A DNA stretch of 64,000 bases from Candidatus Undinarchaeales archaeon (GCA_030753015.1 JASMDC010000008.1:9281-73280), one strand, 5' to 3'. Numbered from the stretch's first letter, positions 9,657-19,528 are shown. Notes: generated by a model not told the origin, from the sequence alone. Numbers and translations: made by a program.

Positions 9657-10724
9657 TCACACGAGGATGTTCGTGAGACCTGCCTCTCGTGCCAGGGCGA
9701 CCGCCTGGTCGAACTCCTTCTTCGTAAGTCGACGCTGGAGCCCGGAATACCGCTCAGGGTTCTTGCTCACGAGGTTGTCCGGATGGTACTGGTCCATGAC
9801 GTTTACACGTGTGTCCGGTCCGAGCTCATCAGCGATCCACGTCATAGCAGGTCGAGTGCAGCATTCGAGGTGGCCGGGGAGCACGAGATGCCGGATGATG
9901 AGCTCACCGTGCCGCGATGCGAGGCGATGATTGCGGGTCACCACCGTGAAGTACCGCTCGATACCTGAAAGGCGCGAGCCGCAGTCATCGTTCCCGTACT
10001 TCAGGTCCGTGAGCCATACGTCCACGAGCCCGTCAAGGATGTTCATGGCCTCTGTCGTAAGAAACATGTTCGAGTTCCAGACGAGAGGGACGTTCTCGTC
10101 CATACCGGTCAGTGCCTTGAGTATCGCCGGGAGCTGCGGTATCGGATCGCCGCCCACGACGTTGAGGTTGCGCACGTTGCGGTCGACGAGCGCCGTGAAC
10201 GCCTCACGCAGGCGTTGTGTGTCCGCGGGTTCTCCGGCCGATGGATTTCGCGAGATGTCATGGTTCTGGCAGAACACGCACCTGAGGTTGCATCCGGAAA
10301 AGAACACGGTTCCCGAAGGGACGAGCTCCGGCTCCTCTCCCATGTGGACGAATGCCGACGAGATGAACGGCGTCGTACCGGCCCCACAGACGCCACGGTC
10401 CACGTTCCGATCGACAGAGCACCGTCTCTCGCACAGTGCGCATGACGCGTAGTGCTCCGCAGCCATTCGCGCCTTCAGGTCCAGAAGGGAGAACGATGCT
10501 GTAGGTAATACGATATCCTCAGCGACAACGTGGTCCAGCTCCTTGAGGCCACGAGCATGCTCTTTCGCCGAGGCCGCCTCGGGATCGATCTCGACCGTCC
10601 TCGCCAGCAGCCATCGAGCACGGGACCTTCCCTCTGCGACATCGATGTAACGACCGAGCACCTTCCTCACGCCGGGATCATCGAAAGCGACAGCAGCGTC
10701 CGGTCTAAGGAACTGCCAGAGCAT
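9657..10724 (-). CDS. PflX-like radical SAM protein
   Basis: CALCERRC, HMGEEPEL, GCNLRCVFCQN, IIRHLVLPGH and NVMDQYHP motifs. Confidence 0.88.
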   Translation of the reverse strand: MLWQFLRPDAAVAFDDPGVRKVLGRYIDVAEGRSRARWLLARTVEIDPEAASAKEHARGLKELDHVVAEDIVLPTASFSLLDLKARMAAEHYASCALCERRCSVDRNVDRGVCGAGTTPFISSAFVHMGEEPELVPSGTVFFSGCNLRCVFCQNHDISRNPSAGEPADTQRLREAFTALVDRNVRNLNVVGGDPIPQLPAILKALTGMDENVPLVWNSNMFLTTEAMNILDGLVDVWLTDLKYGNDDCGSRLSGIERYFTVVTRNHRLASRHGELIIRHLVLPGHLECCTRPAMTWIADELGPDTRVNVMDQYHPDNLVSKNPERYSGLQRRLTKKEFDQAVALAREAGLTNILV

Positions 10725-10776
10725 GTCGACGGGATGTGAAGTAACCTTTATGAGTGGAGGTGGTGCCCCTCTAGCC

Positions 10777-11367
10777 GTGAGCGACGGGGAAGCGAAGTGG
10801 GCCAGACATCCTGACGTCTATAGCCCCAGAGAGGATTCCGAGCTTCTCGCAGAAGCCGTTTCGGACCATCCCTGGGTCGGACGTGCCTGCGAGGTCGGGT
10901 CCGGCTCCGGGTACGTCACTGTCGCCTTATCACGGATTTCTGACATTGTATTAGCAATCGATATCAGCATGGACGCGGCACGGTTGACCCGGGAGAACCT
11001 CATCCGCTTCGGTTCGGACAACTGCGCAGTGGTGTGCGGTGACCTTCTCACCGCTGTTGGCACCAAGTTCGATCTTATCTGCTTCAATCCGCCCTACCTC
11101 CCGGAAGAACCCGGTGAGGACCCGCTCTCACGGTCATGGGCGGGGGGTTCCACGGGACGTGAGGTCATAGCTAGGTTCCTGAGCGCGCTCCCCGACCAGC
11201 TTACTGAGAACGGTGAGGCGTTCGTGGTCACATCATCGCTCATGGGATTCGACGAGCTCGGAGCAATTATCCGTGAGACCGGTCTCGAGCACGATATCGT
11301 TTCGATTCAACGACTCGACTTCGAAGAGCTCGCCATATGGCGTTTGCGGCGTCCGGGGATACATTGA
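10777..11367 (+). CDS. HemK2/MTQ2 family N5-glutamine methyltransferase
   Basis: VYSPREDSELL, EVGSGSG and FNPPY motifs. Start re-picked at GTG 10777. Confidence 0.88.
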   Translation: MSDGEAKWARHPDVYSPREDSELLAEAVSDHPWVGRACEVGSGSGYVTVALSRISDIVLAIDISMDAARLTRENLIRFGSDNCAVVCGDLLTAVGTKFDLICFNPPYLPEEPGEDPLSRSWAGGSTGREVIARFLSALPDQLTENGEAFVVTSSLMGFDELGAIIRETGLEHDIVSIQRLDFEELAIWRLRRPGIH

Positions 11368-11394
11368 TAAAGGTTCGTTGGGCCCTTACAGATA

Positions 11395-12777
11395 ATGCCG
11401 GGCAACCAGTATGATGCGGTCGTCGTTGGTTGTGGCACGGGCGGCTCCGCCTTTGCCATCAGGGCCCGGAAGCTCGGACTCTCCGTCTGTGTCGTCGATA
11501 CCAAACCACGCGCACGGATCGGCGAGAAGGTATGCGGCGATGCGGTACCGAGGTATCACTTCGACCGGCTCGAGAAGGAAGCAGATATCACACCTCCACG
11601 CGGCGATGAGCTCGGCCAGATTATTACCGGTATGAAGCTGATCGGCCCGTCGCGGACACGCATGGTCAAGGTCCACGAGGACGGGTACACGGTCAATCGG
11701 CACGAGTTCGGTCAACGGCTCGTCAACGATGTGGTCGATGCAGGCGCGAACCTCCTTGACAAGCACCTCGTACTAGGTCCCATCTTAGAGAAGGGTCGTA
11801 TCGTCGGGCTTAGGACGAAGGACAAGATCACACGTATGGAACGTGCCATTCGCGCCTCGATCGTCGTGGACGCATCGGGCGTCACCGCCACGCTCAGAAA
11901 GGCGATCGAGTTCCCCGGCCGCGAGCGCGGGATCCATCCACGGGACCTCGGTATCTGCTACAGGGAGGTGCTCAAGCTCAAGGAGCCCATCGACGAGCCC
12001 GACATACTCGAGGTCATATTCGACCGGAGCATCGCACAAGGTGGGTACATCTGGGTGTTCCCCAAGTCGGATACGGTCGTCAACGTTGGCGTCGGCCTCA
12101 CCATGTCGCTTGGAACGAGCCCCCTGGCAGCGTACCGAAGGTTCATCAAACGTGACAGGATATTCAATGGAGCAGAGGTCATCGCCAAGGGCGGCGGCAT
12201 CGTTCCCATGCGCAAGCCCGTGGGTTCCTTCGTCGGGGACAATTTCCTCCTTGTCGGAGACTCTGCGTGCCAGGTGAACCCGCTCCATGGCGGTGGGCTC
12301 GGATACTCCATGATCGGTGGGTGCATGGCTGCCAACACGGCCGCCGAAGCGCTCGCCCAAGACGATGTCTCGTACAAGGCCCTCTGGGGCTACAACCACG
12401 AGTACCAGACCGCGATCGGCAAGCGTCACGCAGCTCTCGACGTGTTCCGCATCATGCTCAATTCTCTATCCAACCGTGACCTCGACTTCGGATGCTCGGG
12501 GAACCTCTTCACCGAGGAGGACTTCTTCGCCATAGACAAGAACGGGAAGTTAGAGCTCTCCAACGCACAAAAGCTCATCCGCGGACTTCGCGGGCTCCAC
12601 CATCCGACGCTCATGCGCTCGCTCATGTTCGCAGTTAAGCGTATGAAGGCGCTAAAGGAGCTCTACATGGCCTACCCGACGACACCTGAGGGCCTCGATT
12701 CTTGGACCGCACGTGTCGAAGAGGAGTTCGAGCCCGTTTGGCAGCGGTTCGGTAAGTCGTTCGAGAAAATAGACTGA
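11395..12777 (+). CDS. geranylgeranyl reductase family (digeranylgeranylglycerophospholipid reductase-like)
   Basis: GCGTGG FAD motif, KVCGD, GYIWVFPK and LVGD..NPLHGGG. Confidence 0.9.
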   Translation: MPGNQYDAVVVGCGTGGSAFAIRARKLGLSVCVVDTKPRARIGEKVCGDAVPRYHFDRLEKEADITPPRGDELGQIITGMKLIGPSRTRMVKVHEDGYTVNRHEFGQRLVNDVVDAGANLLDKHLVLGPILEKGRIVGLRTKDKITRMERAIRASIVVDASGVTATLRKAIEFPGRERGIHPRDLGICYREVLKLKEPIDEPDILEVIFDRSIAQGGYIWVFPKSDTVVNVGVGLTMSLGTSPLAAYRRFIKRDRIFNGAEVIAKGGGIVPMRKPVGSFVGDNFLLVGDSACQVNPLHGGGLGYSMIGGCMAANTAAEALAQDDVSYKALWGYNHEYQTAIGKRHAALDVFRIMLNSLSNRDLDFGCSGNLFTEEDFFAIDKNGKLELSNAQKLIRGLRGLHHPTLMRSLMFAVKRMKALKELYMAYPTTPEGLDSWTARVEEEFEPVWQRFGKSFEKID

Positions 12778-12823
12778 TTCCACCGCTGCGATAGCTTTAT
12801 TAAGGAAATCGCTCTCGGTGTGG

Positions 12824-12903
<80 letters not shown>

Positions 12904-12916
12904 TTCCATTTCCTGG

Positions 12917-14149
12917 CTACTCGGTCGCCTGCACTTCCAGCATGGGCCAGTCGCTGTTGCCGTCGTACTTGACAGGGTCGTCCTCAATCTGGGTGTTGCC
13001 GTTGATGTCGGTCGCCCTGACGTGCACCGTATAGTCACCCGGCGCCGGGAAGATGATCCCCGCCTTCCAGAACGCCCACACGTTGTCCACGTCCATTCTT
13101 CCGACCATCTCGGCGTCGTGCCAGATCCTTCCTCGGTCAGCAGTGACCTGCACCCGTGCCACACGCGTACCGCCGAACGCTGCCCCTCCCATCTCGAGGA
13201 CGTCACCCACCTTCACCTCAACACCGTCGTCGGGGAAGAAGATGGTGGAGTCGATTGCCATCGGGGGAGATACGTCCCATCCCCCGTCCCCCCAGTAGTC
13301 CTTTATCGGTCCGTCGATGACCTCGATCTCGGTCACCCACATGGGCTGCTTCACGCCGTAATAGCCAGGGTTCAGCATCCGCAGGGGGAATCCGTGAAGG
13401 GGGGGTGTGACCTCGCCGTTCATGTAGAGAGCGCCAATGATTCCGTTGTCCCTGACCTGCTCCATCGGGTGGGAGGCGTAGTAGCCGTCAGCGGCCCGGT
13501 ACTTCACGCCGGTGGCCGACTTATCCAGCCCGAGGGAGTCGAGGAGGTCGTACAGTGAAAAGCCCATCCACACCGCTGTGCTGATGGCGGGCCCCTTGGG
13601 TGATTTCCCGATGCATTCCACAGTGAGGGGCAGCTCAACGAGGTCCAGCGCACGCAGTTCTTCCAGGGTGAACTCTCGGGGGTTCTTCACAAGGCCCGTG
13701 ATGGAGAGCCGGTAGGTGGACGGGTCGATCTCGGGAACGCTCCCGATGCGGGTGATGAAGTAGTCCTCGTTGCTGGTGATGAAATCGGGGTATGGGCCGA
13801 GGGCCGCAAGCTCCTCCTGATCCGGGGCCAACTCCTCGGGCCGTACAGTGTCGTTTTCCATCATATCGGGAGCAGGTGCCTCGGTCGTTCCGTTACCGGG
13901 AACGACCATACAACCTTCTGGTCTCGTGGTGTTCCCTTTGCCGCACCCTTCTATGGGGGGGATGAGCTCATCGGTCGTACCGTTCGCACCAGCCCCTGGA
14001 GTGGGCGTTGGCGATACCTTTGAGGTGGTGTTCACGGTGGCGATCTTTGGATAGTCACCCTCGAACTTATCTTCGGAGGTACACCCGGCCACGAGGATGA
14101 GGCAGGCGATGACCAGTAAGGTGCTCAGGGATGCGCTCGGACCATTCAT
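12917..14149 (-). CDS. molybdopterin-dependent oxidoreductase (sulfite oxidase family) with lipoprotein signal
   Basis: TVECIG Mo-ligand Cys, HGFPLR..PGYYG.K..WV, C-terminal dimerisation domain, lipobox LVAGC. Confidence 0.88.
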   Translation of the reverse strand: MNGPSASLSTLLVIACLILVAGCTSEDKFEGDYPKIATVNTTSKVSPTPTPGAGANGTTDELIPPIEGCGKGNTTRPEGCMVVPGNGTTEAPAPDMMENDTVRPEELAPDQEELAALGPYPDFITSNEDYFITRIGSVPEIDPSTYRLSITGLVKNPREFTLEELRALDLVELPLTVECIGKSPKGPAISTAVWMGFSLYDLLDSLGLDKSATGVKYRAADGYYASHPMEQVRDNGIIGALYMNGEVTPPLHGFPLRMLNPGYYGVKQPMWVTEIEVIDGPIKDYWGDGGWDVSPPMAIDSTIFFPDDGVEVKVGDVLEMGGAAFGGTRVARVQVTADRGRIWHDAEMVGRMDVDNVWAFWKAGIIFPAPGDYTVHVRATDINGNTQIEDDPVKYDGNSDWPMLEVQATE

Positions 14150-14271
14150 GTTCGTTCCCCCATCGATATCCTTTCGTTCTCCTTACGGCTTCTCCTCGAG
14201 CAGTGGTCCTGGCCTAAATCCTATAAACCTGATGCTCCTGACCGCGCTTACCATGGGATGTACATGGTGGT

Positions 14272-14661
14272 TCATTCCATGTGACCATCCTGCATTTCGT
14301 CCTCGTGCGAGGTAACATCACTTGCGCTCTTGACACGGCACGCAAGCTCCCCCTCGTCCTCGCCCATGTCCATGTCTGCACCCTTGATATCGACGATGAC
14401 CTTTTCGGTCCGACCGGCAGCGACCGTCACGTTCCCTTCACCGGGATGGACCATCCCCCCACGGCCCAGTGAGCAGAGTATGGTGCCTGCCTTCTCGTTC
14501 TGGGCATCGTTGCTGACTGTAACGATGAACCTGCAGCAGGTGTTCGGAGAGCAGTCGCACCCCTCGTCGGGCTCGAACTGGGTTACCTGGAGCCCGGGTG
14601 ACGTGCACCCGATACATGCTATCAGCAGGATGATCGTTATCATGGCCCGTGGGGCACTCAT
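14272..14661 (-). CDS. small Cys-containing putative lipoprotein
   Basis: Hydrophobic N-terminus ending CIGC, followed by one beta domain. Confidence 0.6.
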   Translation of the reverse strand: MSAPRAMITIILLIACIGCTSPGLQVTQFEPDEGCDCSPNTCCRFIVTVSNDAQNEKAGTILCSLGRGGMVHPGEGNVTVAAGRTEKVIVDIKGADMDMGEDEGELACRVKSASDVTSHEDEMQDGHME

Positions 14662-14751
14662 GGTGATCTGAGATACTGATAGCTTTTAATTACTGATTCA
14701 CGGATCCGTTACCGGATGACAGGGGACGATGGTCGTATCCCGTCATGATTG

Positions 14752-14898
14752 ATGGACCCTACTGCCGCCCTCTTCTTCCTGGTAGCGATCTATGCGGCGC
14801 TGGAGGGCCGGGGGATGGTGTCGCCTGTCGTGCGGACCGTCATGATCGTCCTTCTTCTCACCGCTATCGTTGCCGTGATACGATCCCCTGACCGATGA
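14752..14898 (+). CDS. 48-aa two-TM small protein
   Basis: Manual translation MDPTAALFFLVAIYAALEGRGMVSPVVRTVMIVLLLTAIVAVIRSPDR, below the ORF-track cutoff. Confidence 0.4.
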   Translation: MDPTAALFFLVAIYAALEGRGMVSPVVRTVMIVLLLTAIVAVIRSPDR

Positions 14899-14942
14899 TC
14901 ACAAGGTCCAAGGACCGGGAGGGTGTTTTACTGAGGTCACCC

Positions 14943-15243
14943 TCAGGGCGACAGCACTGCATGGGCCACCATACCGAGGGTGATGACCATGCCGGTGAGC
15001 ACCATGGCGACGGCCGAATTGCCCTTCTTCAGCTCCTCCATCTCCTCGATACCGGGTGTTACGGCGTCGAATATCTTGAAGGTGAGCGGGATGCACAGTC
15101 CCGTCGTGCCCCTCCAGCGTGCCCGCAAGCGTGATGTCCCCCGCGCCGGAGGCGCAGACCAGGAACAGGGCAAGGATGAACAGGGAAACGGCCCTCGTGG
15201 TCGGACCGTGCGGCCTGTCATGCATTACGATGGATGTGTACAT
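14943..15243 (-). pseudogene. chimeric remnant: secreted WD40-like N-terminus fused out of frame to a DUF350-like C-terminus
   Basis: Signal peptide plus TLEGHDGTV in one frame, and FKIFDAVTPGIEEMEELKKGNSAVAMVL in another. The switch is near 15100. Confidence 0.6.
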
Positions 15244-15267
15244 GTGATCGCCTTCCTACTGACCCGG

Positions 15268-15521
15268 CTACCTTCTCCACTGCTGCTGTCCGCCCGGTTG
15301 TTGGCCCCACTGCTGTCCCTGCTGCGGGTACTGGTACCACTGCCCGCCAGGCCCCTGGTAGTATCGGGGCTGCTGCCCACTGCGTCCTTGCCGGGCGCGG
15401 ACTGGTCGTCCAGCGTCCAGTAGCTCATCATGTCGTCCGGGCACTCGAGGGCTATTGCGAGGGGGGAGAAGAGGAGCGTCAGGAGGATGAACGCGGATAT
15501 GGAAGGGTGGCTACGGTCCGT
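15268..15521 (-). pseudogene. internally deleted LamG-like surface protein remnant
   Basis: ACG in place of a start about 25 nt after a TTTTATAT box. Signal peptide plus ECPDDMMSYWTLDD, then a Gln/Gly/Tyr-rich tail ending in TAG in another frame. Confidence 0.62.
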
Positions 15522-15623
15522 TCTAGAAAGAACAGACGGGATATAAAAGAGGCCACCTATCCCTTCCACGATTATTGGGGTGCAGTTTTAAAACGCTTTT
15601 GATGCCGAGGTCTTAGCGGGTCA

Positions 15624-16022
15624 CTATCGCAGCCTCGCCAGCCGCTCGAGCAGGCCCGCCTCGGTCCCGGTGATGGCGCCGTCCCGGTTCGCGAGCTTCG
15701 AGACGTGGGAATAGATGTCCGACTCTGTCTCTGCGACATCGCCGAACCACTGGCCCTCGACGGCTTTCTCTGCCACTTCAGCGATGGAGTTGGCCTCGTC
15801 CGCTGAGAGGTGGTTGTTCAGATAGGAGAAGTTCGCGGTCATCTTGACGTGCTCTTCAAGCTTGACGTCGTGTGTGGCGACGTAGGCGGCACCGATGCCC
15901 AGGAAGAGGCCATACTTACTCAAGAAACCGGGCTCGTTGCTCGCGTTGAGATCCTCGCTCGTGGCGTACTGGTCCGTGGCGTCAGCGGAGGCATATCCGG
16001 CCGTCTCGAGATCATCATACAT
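15624..16022 (-). CDS. hypothetical protein with one hydrophobic segment
   Basis: 132-aa ORF with AGGTGA Shine-Dalgarno. No family recognised. Confidence 0.6.
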   Translation of the reverse strand: MYDDLETAGYASADATDQYATSEDLNASNEPGFLSKYGLFLGIGAAYVATHDVKLEEHVKMTANFSYLNNHLSADEANSIAEVAEKAVEGQWFGDVAETESDIYSHVSKLANRDGAITGTEAGLLERLARLR

Positions 16023-16093
16023 GAGCTGTCACCTAACGAAGCGTAACCCGCACCGTCCCGTTCTAAAAGATACCCTTGGGAGAGAAGTGTGGC

Positions 16094-16726
16094 CTAGGAC
16101 AGCACACCCTGGGCCCACTGACCGAACTCCTGTCCGAACCTGAAGGCATCGCCCGACCGTGCTTCCACATCGGCCCCGCTCATCCAGAGCTCGTGGGGGA
16201 AAGGGGCCCACCCCCATTGACGCGCATCGTTCGAGATGATCTGGTACTCCCAGGTGAGCTCGTACTTGTAGGTACCAAAAGCGCCGATGGGTCGACCGTG
16301 CCGCGATTCCCACCGCAGGCTCCCGAGGAACTGCGCAGTCGGCTCGGAGAGACCTTCGATGGCGCTCGTAGATCCGACGAGGACGGCGTCGGCTAGAAGC
16401 ACATCAGGGATGGACGCCCGGTCCGCGGTGACAAGATGTGGCTCGCACCCCGACTCCTTCACACCCGCTGCGATGTGGTGCGCAAGCTTCTCGGTCTTGC
16501 GCTTGGGCCTGTCGTACACGATGAGCACGTGCTTGGGCCAGGGATCCTTCCGTTCAAGAACGACGGCATGGACGGGACACGCCCGGACGCACGCTTCGCA
16601 CTCCGTGCACGCGTCAGGATCCGCGACCAGGGCCTGCGCGCCCGCGACATAGATCACTGATCCGGGGCAGACATCGGCACATGCGCCGCTTCCCCGACAT
16701 CGGTTCTTGTCTATGCGCGGTGGCAT
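16094..16726 (-). CDS. 4Fe-4S ferredoxin / flavodoxin-like fusion
   Basis: CRGSGACADVCP and CTECEACVRACP, then a flavodoxin fold (ADAVLVGS, GAFGTY..W). Confidence 0.8.
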   Translation of the reverse strand: MPPRIDKNRCRGSGACADVCPGSVIYVAGAQALVADPDACTECEACVRACPVHAVVLERKDPWPKHVLIVYDRPKRKTEKLAHHIAAGVKESGCEPHLVTADRASIPDVLLADAVLVGSTSAIEGLSEPTAQFLGSLRWESRHGRPIGAFGTYKYELTWEYQIISNDARQWGWAPFPHELWMSGADVEARSGDAFRFGQEFGQWAQGVLS

Positions 16727-16839
16727 ACTGGTTGAGATAAGATGGTTGAGCAATAAAAACATGACGCCATAGCAGCGTCGAAAAGAAAAGGATGTGGGGG
16801 ACCGCTGTTACGGCCCCCCACGTTCGGCTCGCGCTGTCC

Positions 16840-17619
16840 TCAGGCGAGGAGCGATTCCTCAAGGCCGTCGATTATCTCGGCTTTGTGCTCGCGCATGATC
16901 TCGACCTTGCCCGTTCGGTAGGTGCTTACCATCTTACCGGCGAGCGGGACCTTGTTCACCCAGCTGCCCTTGATGGCCGCCTTCCGCTCGGAGACCTCCT
17001 CGTCGAGCTGGTTGCGAAGCTCTGCGTAGGTACCCTCCTCGGTCAGGCCGAATACCTCGGCAGTGTTGCCTTCGGCTTTGTCGTAGCCGGAGAGGCTCTC
17101 CAGCAGCTCGTAGGTCACCTGCCCCTTCCCGGCGGCGTACAGCGCCCCGGTAACAGCGGAGGTGTCCTTGAGAGCGTCCACGGTACCGGTGAGCTTTTCG
17201 GGGATCGCCCCGTACTCGTTCACTTGGAAGGAGTGCTCCTTCGTGATGTGGTCGTTGTGCCACATGAAACCGCTCTCGCACTCCCGGGAGGTCTCCTTGC
17301 TCTTTACGAACTCCCAGTGCACGGTCCGATAACCGGGGGACATGTCACCTTCGACCTTAGCATGGATACCCTTCTCGGAGCAGGACCGCTCGAGCTTGCT
17401 GATCTCGCCCTCGACGTCCCACTTGGAGTATCCTTCGTGATTGACCTCGGCCCGATGCGCGCCTGCGTGCATGACATCATAGGACTCGGTGAAGGAATAG
17501 TCCTTTTCAAGACCAGCCTCGACGGCGGTCTGCTCTCCGATGGCGCCAAGGACTCCGTAGGTCTCCCGGCTCACGTCGAATTCATAGGGCATGTTAATCC
17601 GTTCAAGTCCGCCTAGCAT
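16840..17619 (-). CDS. unknown family, tandem paralogue C
   Basis: Shares MPY..DV...TY..LGAIGEQ, GIHA, HSF.V.EYGA.PE, GNTAE..GL and K.DII..LE.SL-like motifs with the two upstream genes. Confidence 0.82.
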   Translation of the reverse strand: MLGGLERINMPYEFDVSRETYGVLGAIGEQTAVEAGLEKDYSFTESYDVMHAGAHRAEVNHEGYSKWDVEGEISKLERSCSEKGIHAKVEGDMSPGYRTVHWEFVKSKETSRECESGFMWHNDHITKEHSFQVNEYGAIPEKLTGTVDALKDTSAVTGALYAAGKGQVTYELLESLSGYDKAEGNTAEVFGLTEEGTYAELRNQLDEEVSERKAAIKGSWVNKVPLAGKMVSTYRTGKVEIMREHKAEIIDGLEESLLA

Positions 17620-17796
17620 GTCTGTTGTCACCTGTGAGGGACAAGGGGGTGGTCCCTATTTAAACATGTCTTTGGGCGCGACCGCTGACACGGTGACGCA
17701 CGGTCGCACGGGACCATATCGGCATCGATTCACGGTCTATAATAATAGAAGAAGAGTGGTCCCGCTGAATTGGCGGGGTGTCCTGTCTCTGTTTAT

Positions 17797-18576
17797 CTAC
17801 TCGACCAAGGACTCTTCGAGCCTGTCGATGATGTCTGACTTGCGCTGCATCTCCTGGGAGACCTGCTCATGCTTCTTGGCGGTTATGCGGTCACCAATCA
17901 CGGGGACCTTGCCAACGTGGCTGTTGTTGATCTTCTGGTGCTCGCTGTCGGTCATGAGCTGGAGCAGCTCACGCATACCTGCGTATGTCTCATGGTCCCG
18001 GAGCCCGAGTATCTCGGCCGTGTTCCCGGTAGGATCGGCGTAACCGTCCAGGTGATCAATGAGATCGTAGGCGATGACGTCCAGTGGCATGTACTTCACA
18101 GAGGCCTTGACAGCTGAGGTGTCCTCGAGCTGATCCAGTTTCTCTGCGAAACGCTCGGGGAGCGCACCGTACTCGTTGACCGTAAAAGAATGCTGGTCCA
18201 CGTACCGGAAGTGACCCCAGAAGAGACCGCGCTCTCCGTCCTTGGACACGCTCTCGGTCTTCACCACACCCCACCGGGGGATAGTGTAGCGGGTAGTGAA
18301 ACCGGATTCGAACGTCGCATGGATGCCAAGCTCGTCGGCCTTGTTCTCGAGCTCCTTGACCTCCTTGTACACATCGCCGCGGGTCGAACCCCATACCGTG
18401 TCACACCGGTAGAGCCCGCCGCCGAAAGCCTCGTCGGTTGTCTCGTTGAACGTGAAGCTCTTCTCGAGCCCGACTTCCTTGGCGACCTGCTCGCCGATGG
18501 CGCCGAGCATACCGTAGGTACCGTAGTTCACATCGCTCTCGTAGGGCATGGATGTGCGATCTATGATACCGAGCAT
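17797..18576 (-). CDS. unknown family, tandem paralogue B
   Basis: Same motifs. Starts 4 nt after the paralogue A stop, with GGAGG Shine-Dalgarno. Confidence 0.82.
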   Translation of the reverse strand: MLGIIDRTSMPYESDVNYGTYGMLGAIGEQVAKEVGLEKSFTFNETTDEAFGGGLYRCDTVWGSTRGDVYKEVKELENKADELGIHATFESGFTTRYTIPRWGVVKTESVSKDGERGLFWGHFRYVDQHSFTVNEYGALPERFAEKLDQLEDTSAVKASVKYMPLDVIAYDLIDHLDGYADPTGNTAEILGLRDHETYAGMRELLQLMTDSEHQKINNSHVGKVPVIGDRITAKKHEQVSQEMQRKSDIIDRLEESLVE

Positions 18577-18580
18577 GTTC

Positions 18581-19369
18581 TCAGGCCTCCTTTACGAGCG
18601 ATCCCTCGAGCTGGTCGATGATATCCGCCTTCCGCTCCCTAAGGACCTCGACCTTGGCGAGCTGGCGGTCCTTGATGTACTTTCCGATAAGAGGGATCTT
18701 GCCGAAGAAGCCGTCATCGATCTTTTCCTTCCGGCCCTGGACCTCTGTATCGAGGAGGGTGCGGTAGGAGTCGAACGTACTTCCCTCGTTGAGACCGAAC
18801 ACTTCTGCGGTGTTCCCCTCGGGATCGGCGTACCCTGCGATGCTGTCGAGCAGCTCGTAGGCGACCTTCTCGCGTCCGGCCGTGTCCAATGCTTCCTTGA
18901 CGGATGCCACGTCTTGCAGACGGTCGATCGTATCGGTCAGCCTACCTTCCGGGAGCGCGCCGTACTCCTCCACCTCGAAGGAGTGCTGGTCCACACAGCG
19001 CGTGTTGCTCCAGTAGAACCCGCTCTGCTCGTCCCGGGAGACTGGCGTGGTCATGATGACCTCCCAATCAGCACTGTGATAATGTATCTTGAGCTCTCCC
19101 TTGAGTTTCGCGTGGATGCCCAGTGAGCCAGTCTTCCCTTCCAGCTCCTCGAGGGCATGGTAGGCGTCCGACTCCGAGCCGCCATCGATATGGACAGTGA
19201 CGTGCCTGTGTCCAGCGTAGATCTCGTCATAGGTCTCGTTGCACGAGAATCCCTTCTCCAGACCAGCTTCTTCAGCGGTCTGCTCGCCGATGGCCCCAAG
19301 GACATCGTAGGTTGCTGAGCTCACGTCAAGTGAGTAAGGCATGGTGATCCGTTCGTAATTATCGATCAT
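18581..19369 (-). CDS. unknown family, tandem paralogue A
   Basis: Same motifs. Start at ATG 19369, with AGGTGG Shine-Dalgarno and TTATAAAA box at about 19410. Confidence 0.82.
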   Translation of the reverse strand: MIDNYERITMPYSLDVSSATYDVLGAIGEQTAEEAGLEKGFSCNETYDEIYAGHRHVTVHIDGGSESDAYHALEELEGKTGSLGIHAKLKGELKIHYHSADWEVIMTTPVSRDEQSGFYWSNTRCVDQHSFEVEEYGALPEGRLTDTIDRLQDVASVKEALDTAGREKVAYELLDSIAGYADPEGNTAEVFGLNEGSTFDSYRTLLDTEVQGRKEKIDDGFFGKIPLIGKYIKDRQLAKVEVLRERKADIIDQLEGSLVKEA

Positions 19370-19528
19370 TCGTAATCCACCTGAGAGACTCGCGACCATC
19401 GTCCTCCTTTTATAACCATCCTTTGGCTTACGCCGTGACAAATAGCATCACGTCATACGGACTCACGCGCCGGCACCTAAGGCAGGTTTATATATGCCTA
19501 AATCAGGTCTCGGCCCGAACGTGGTGAC

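Noticed and set aside
16792-17616. 274-aa plus-strand ORF (also 43351-44556, 46609-47532, 50200-51303, 56371-57408, 58929-59807)
   Set aside because: Antisense shadows of better-supported genes, with no motifs of their own.
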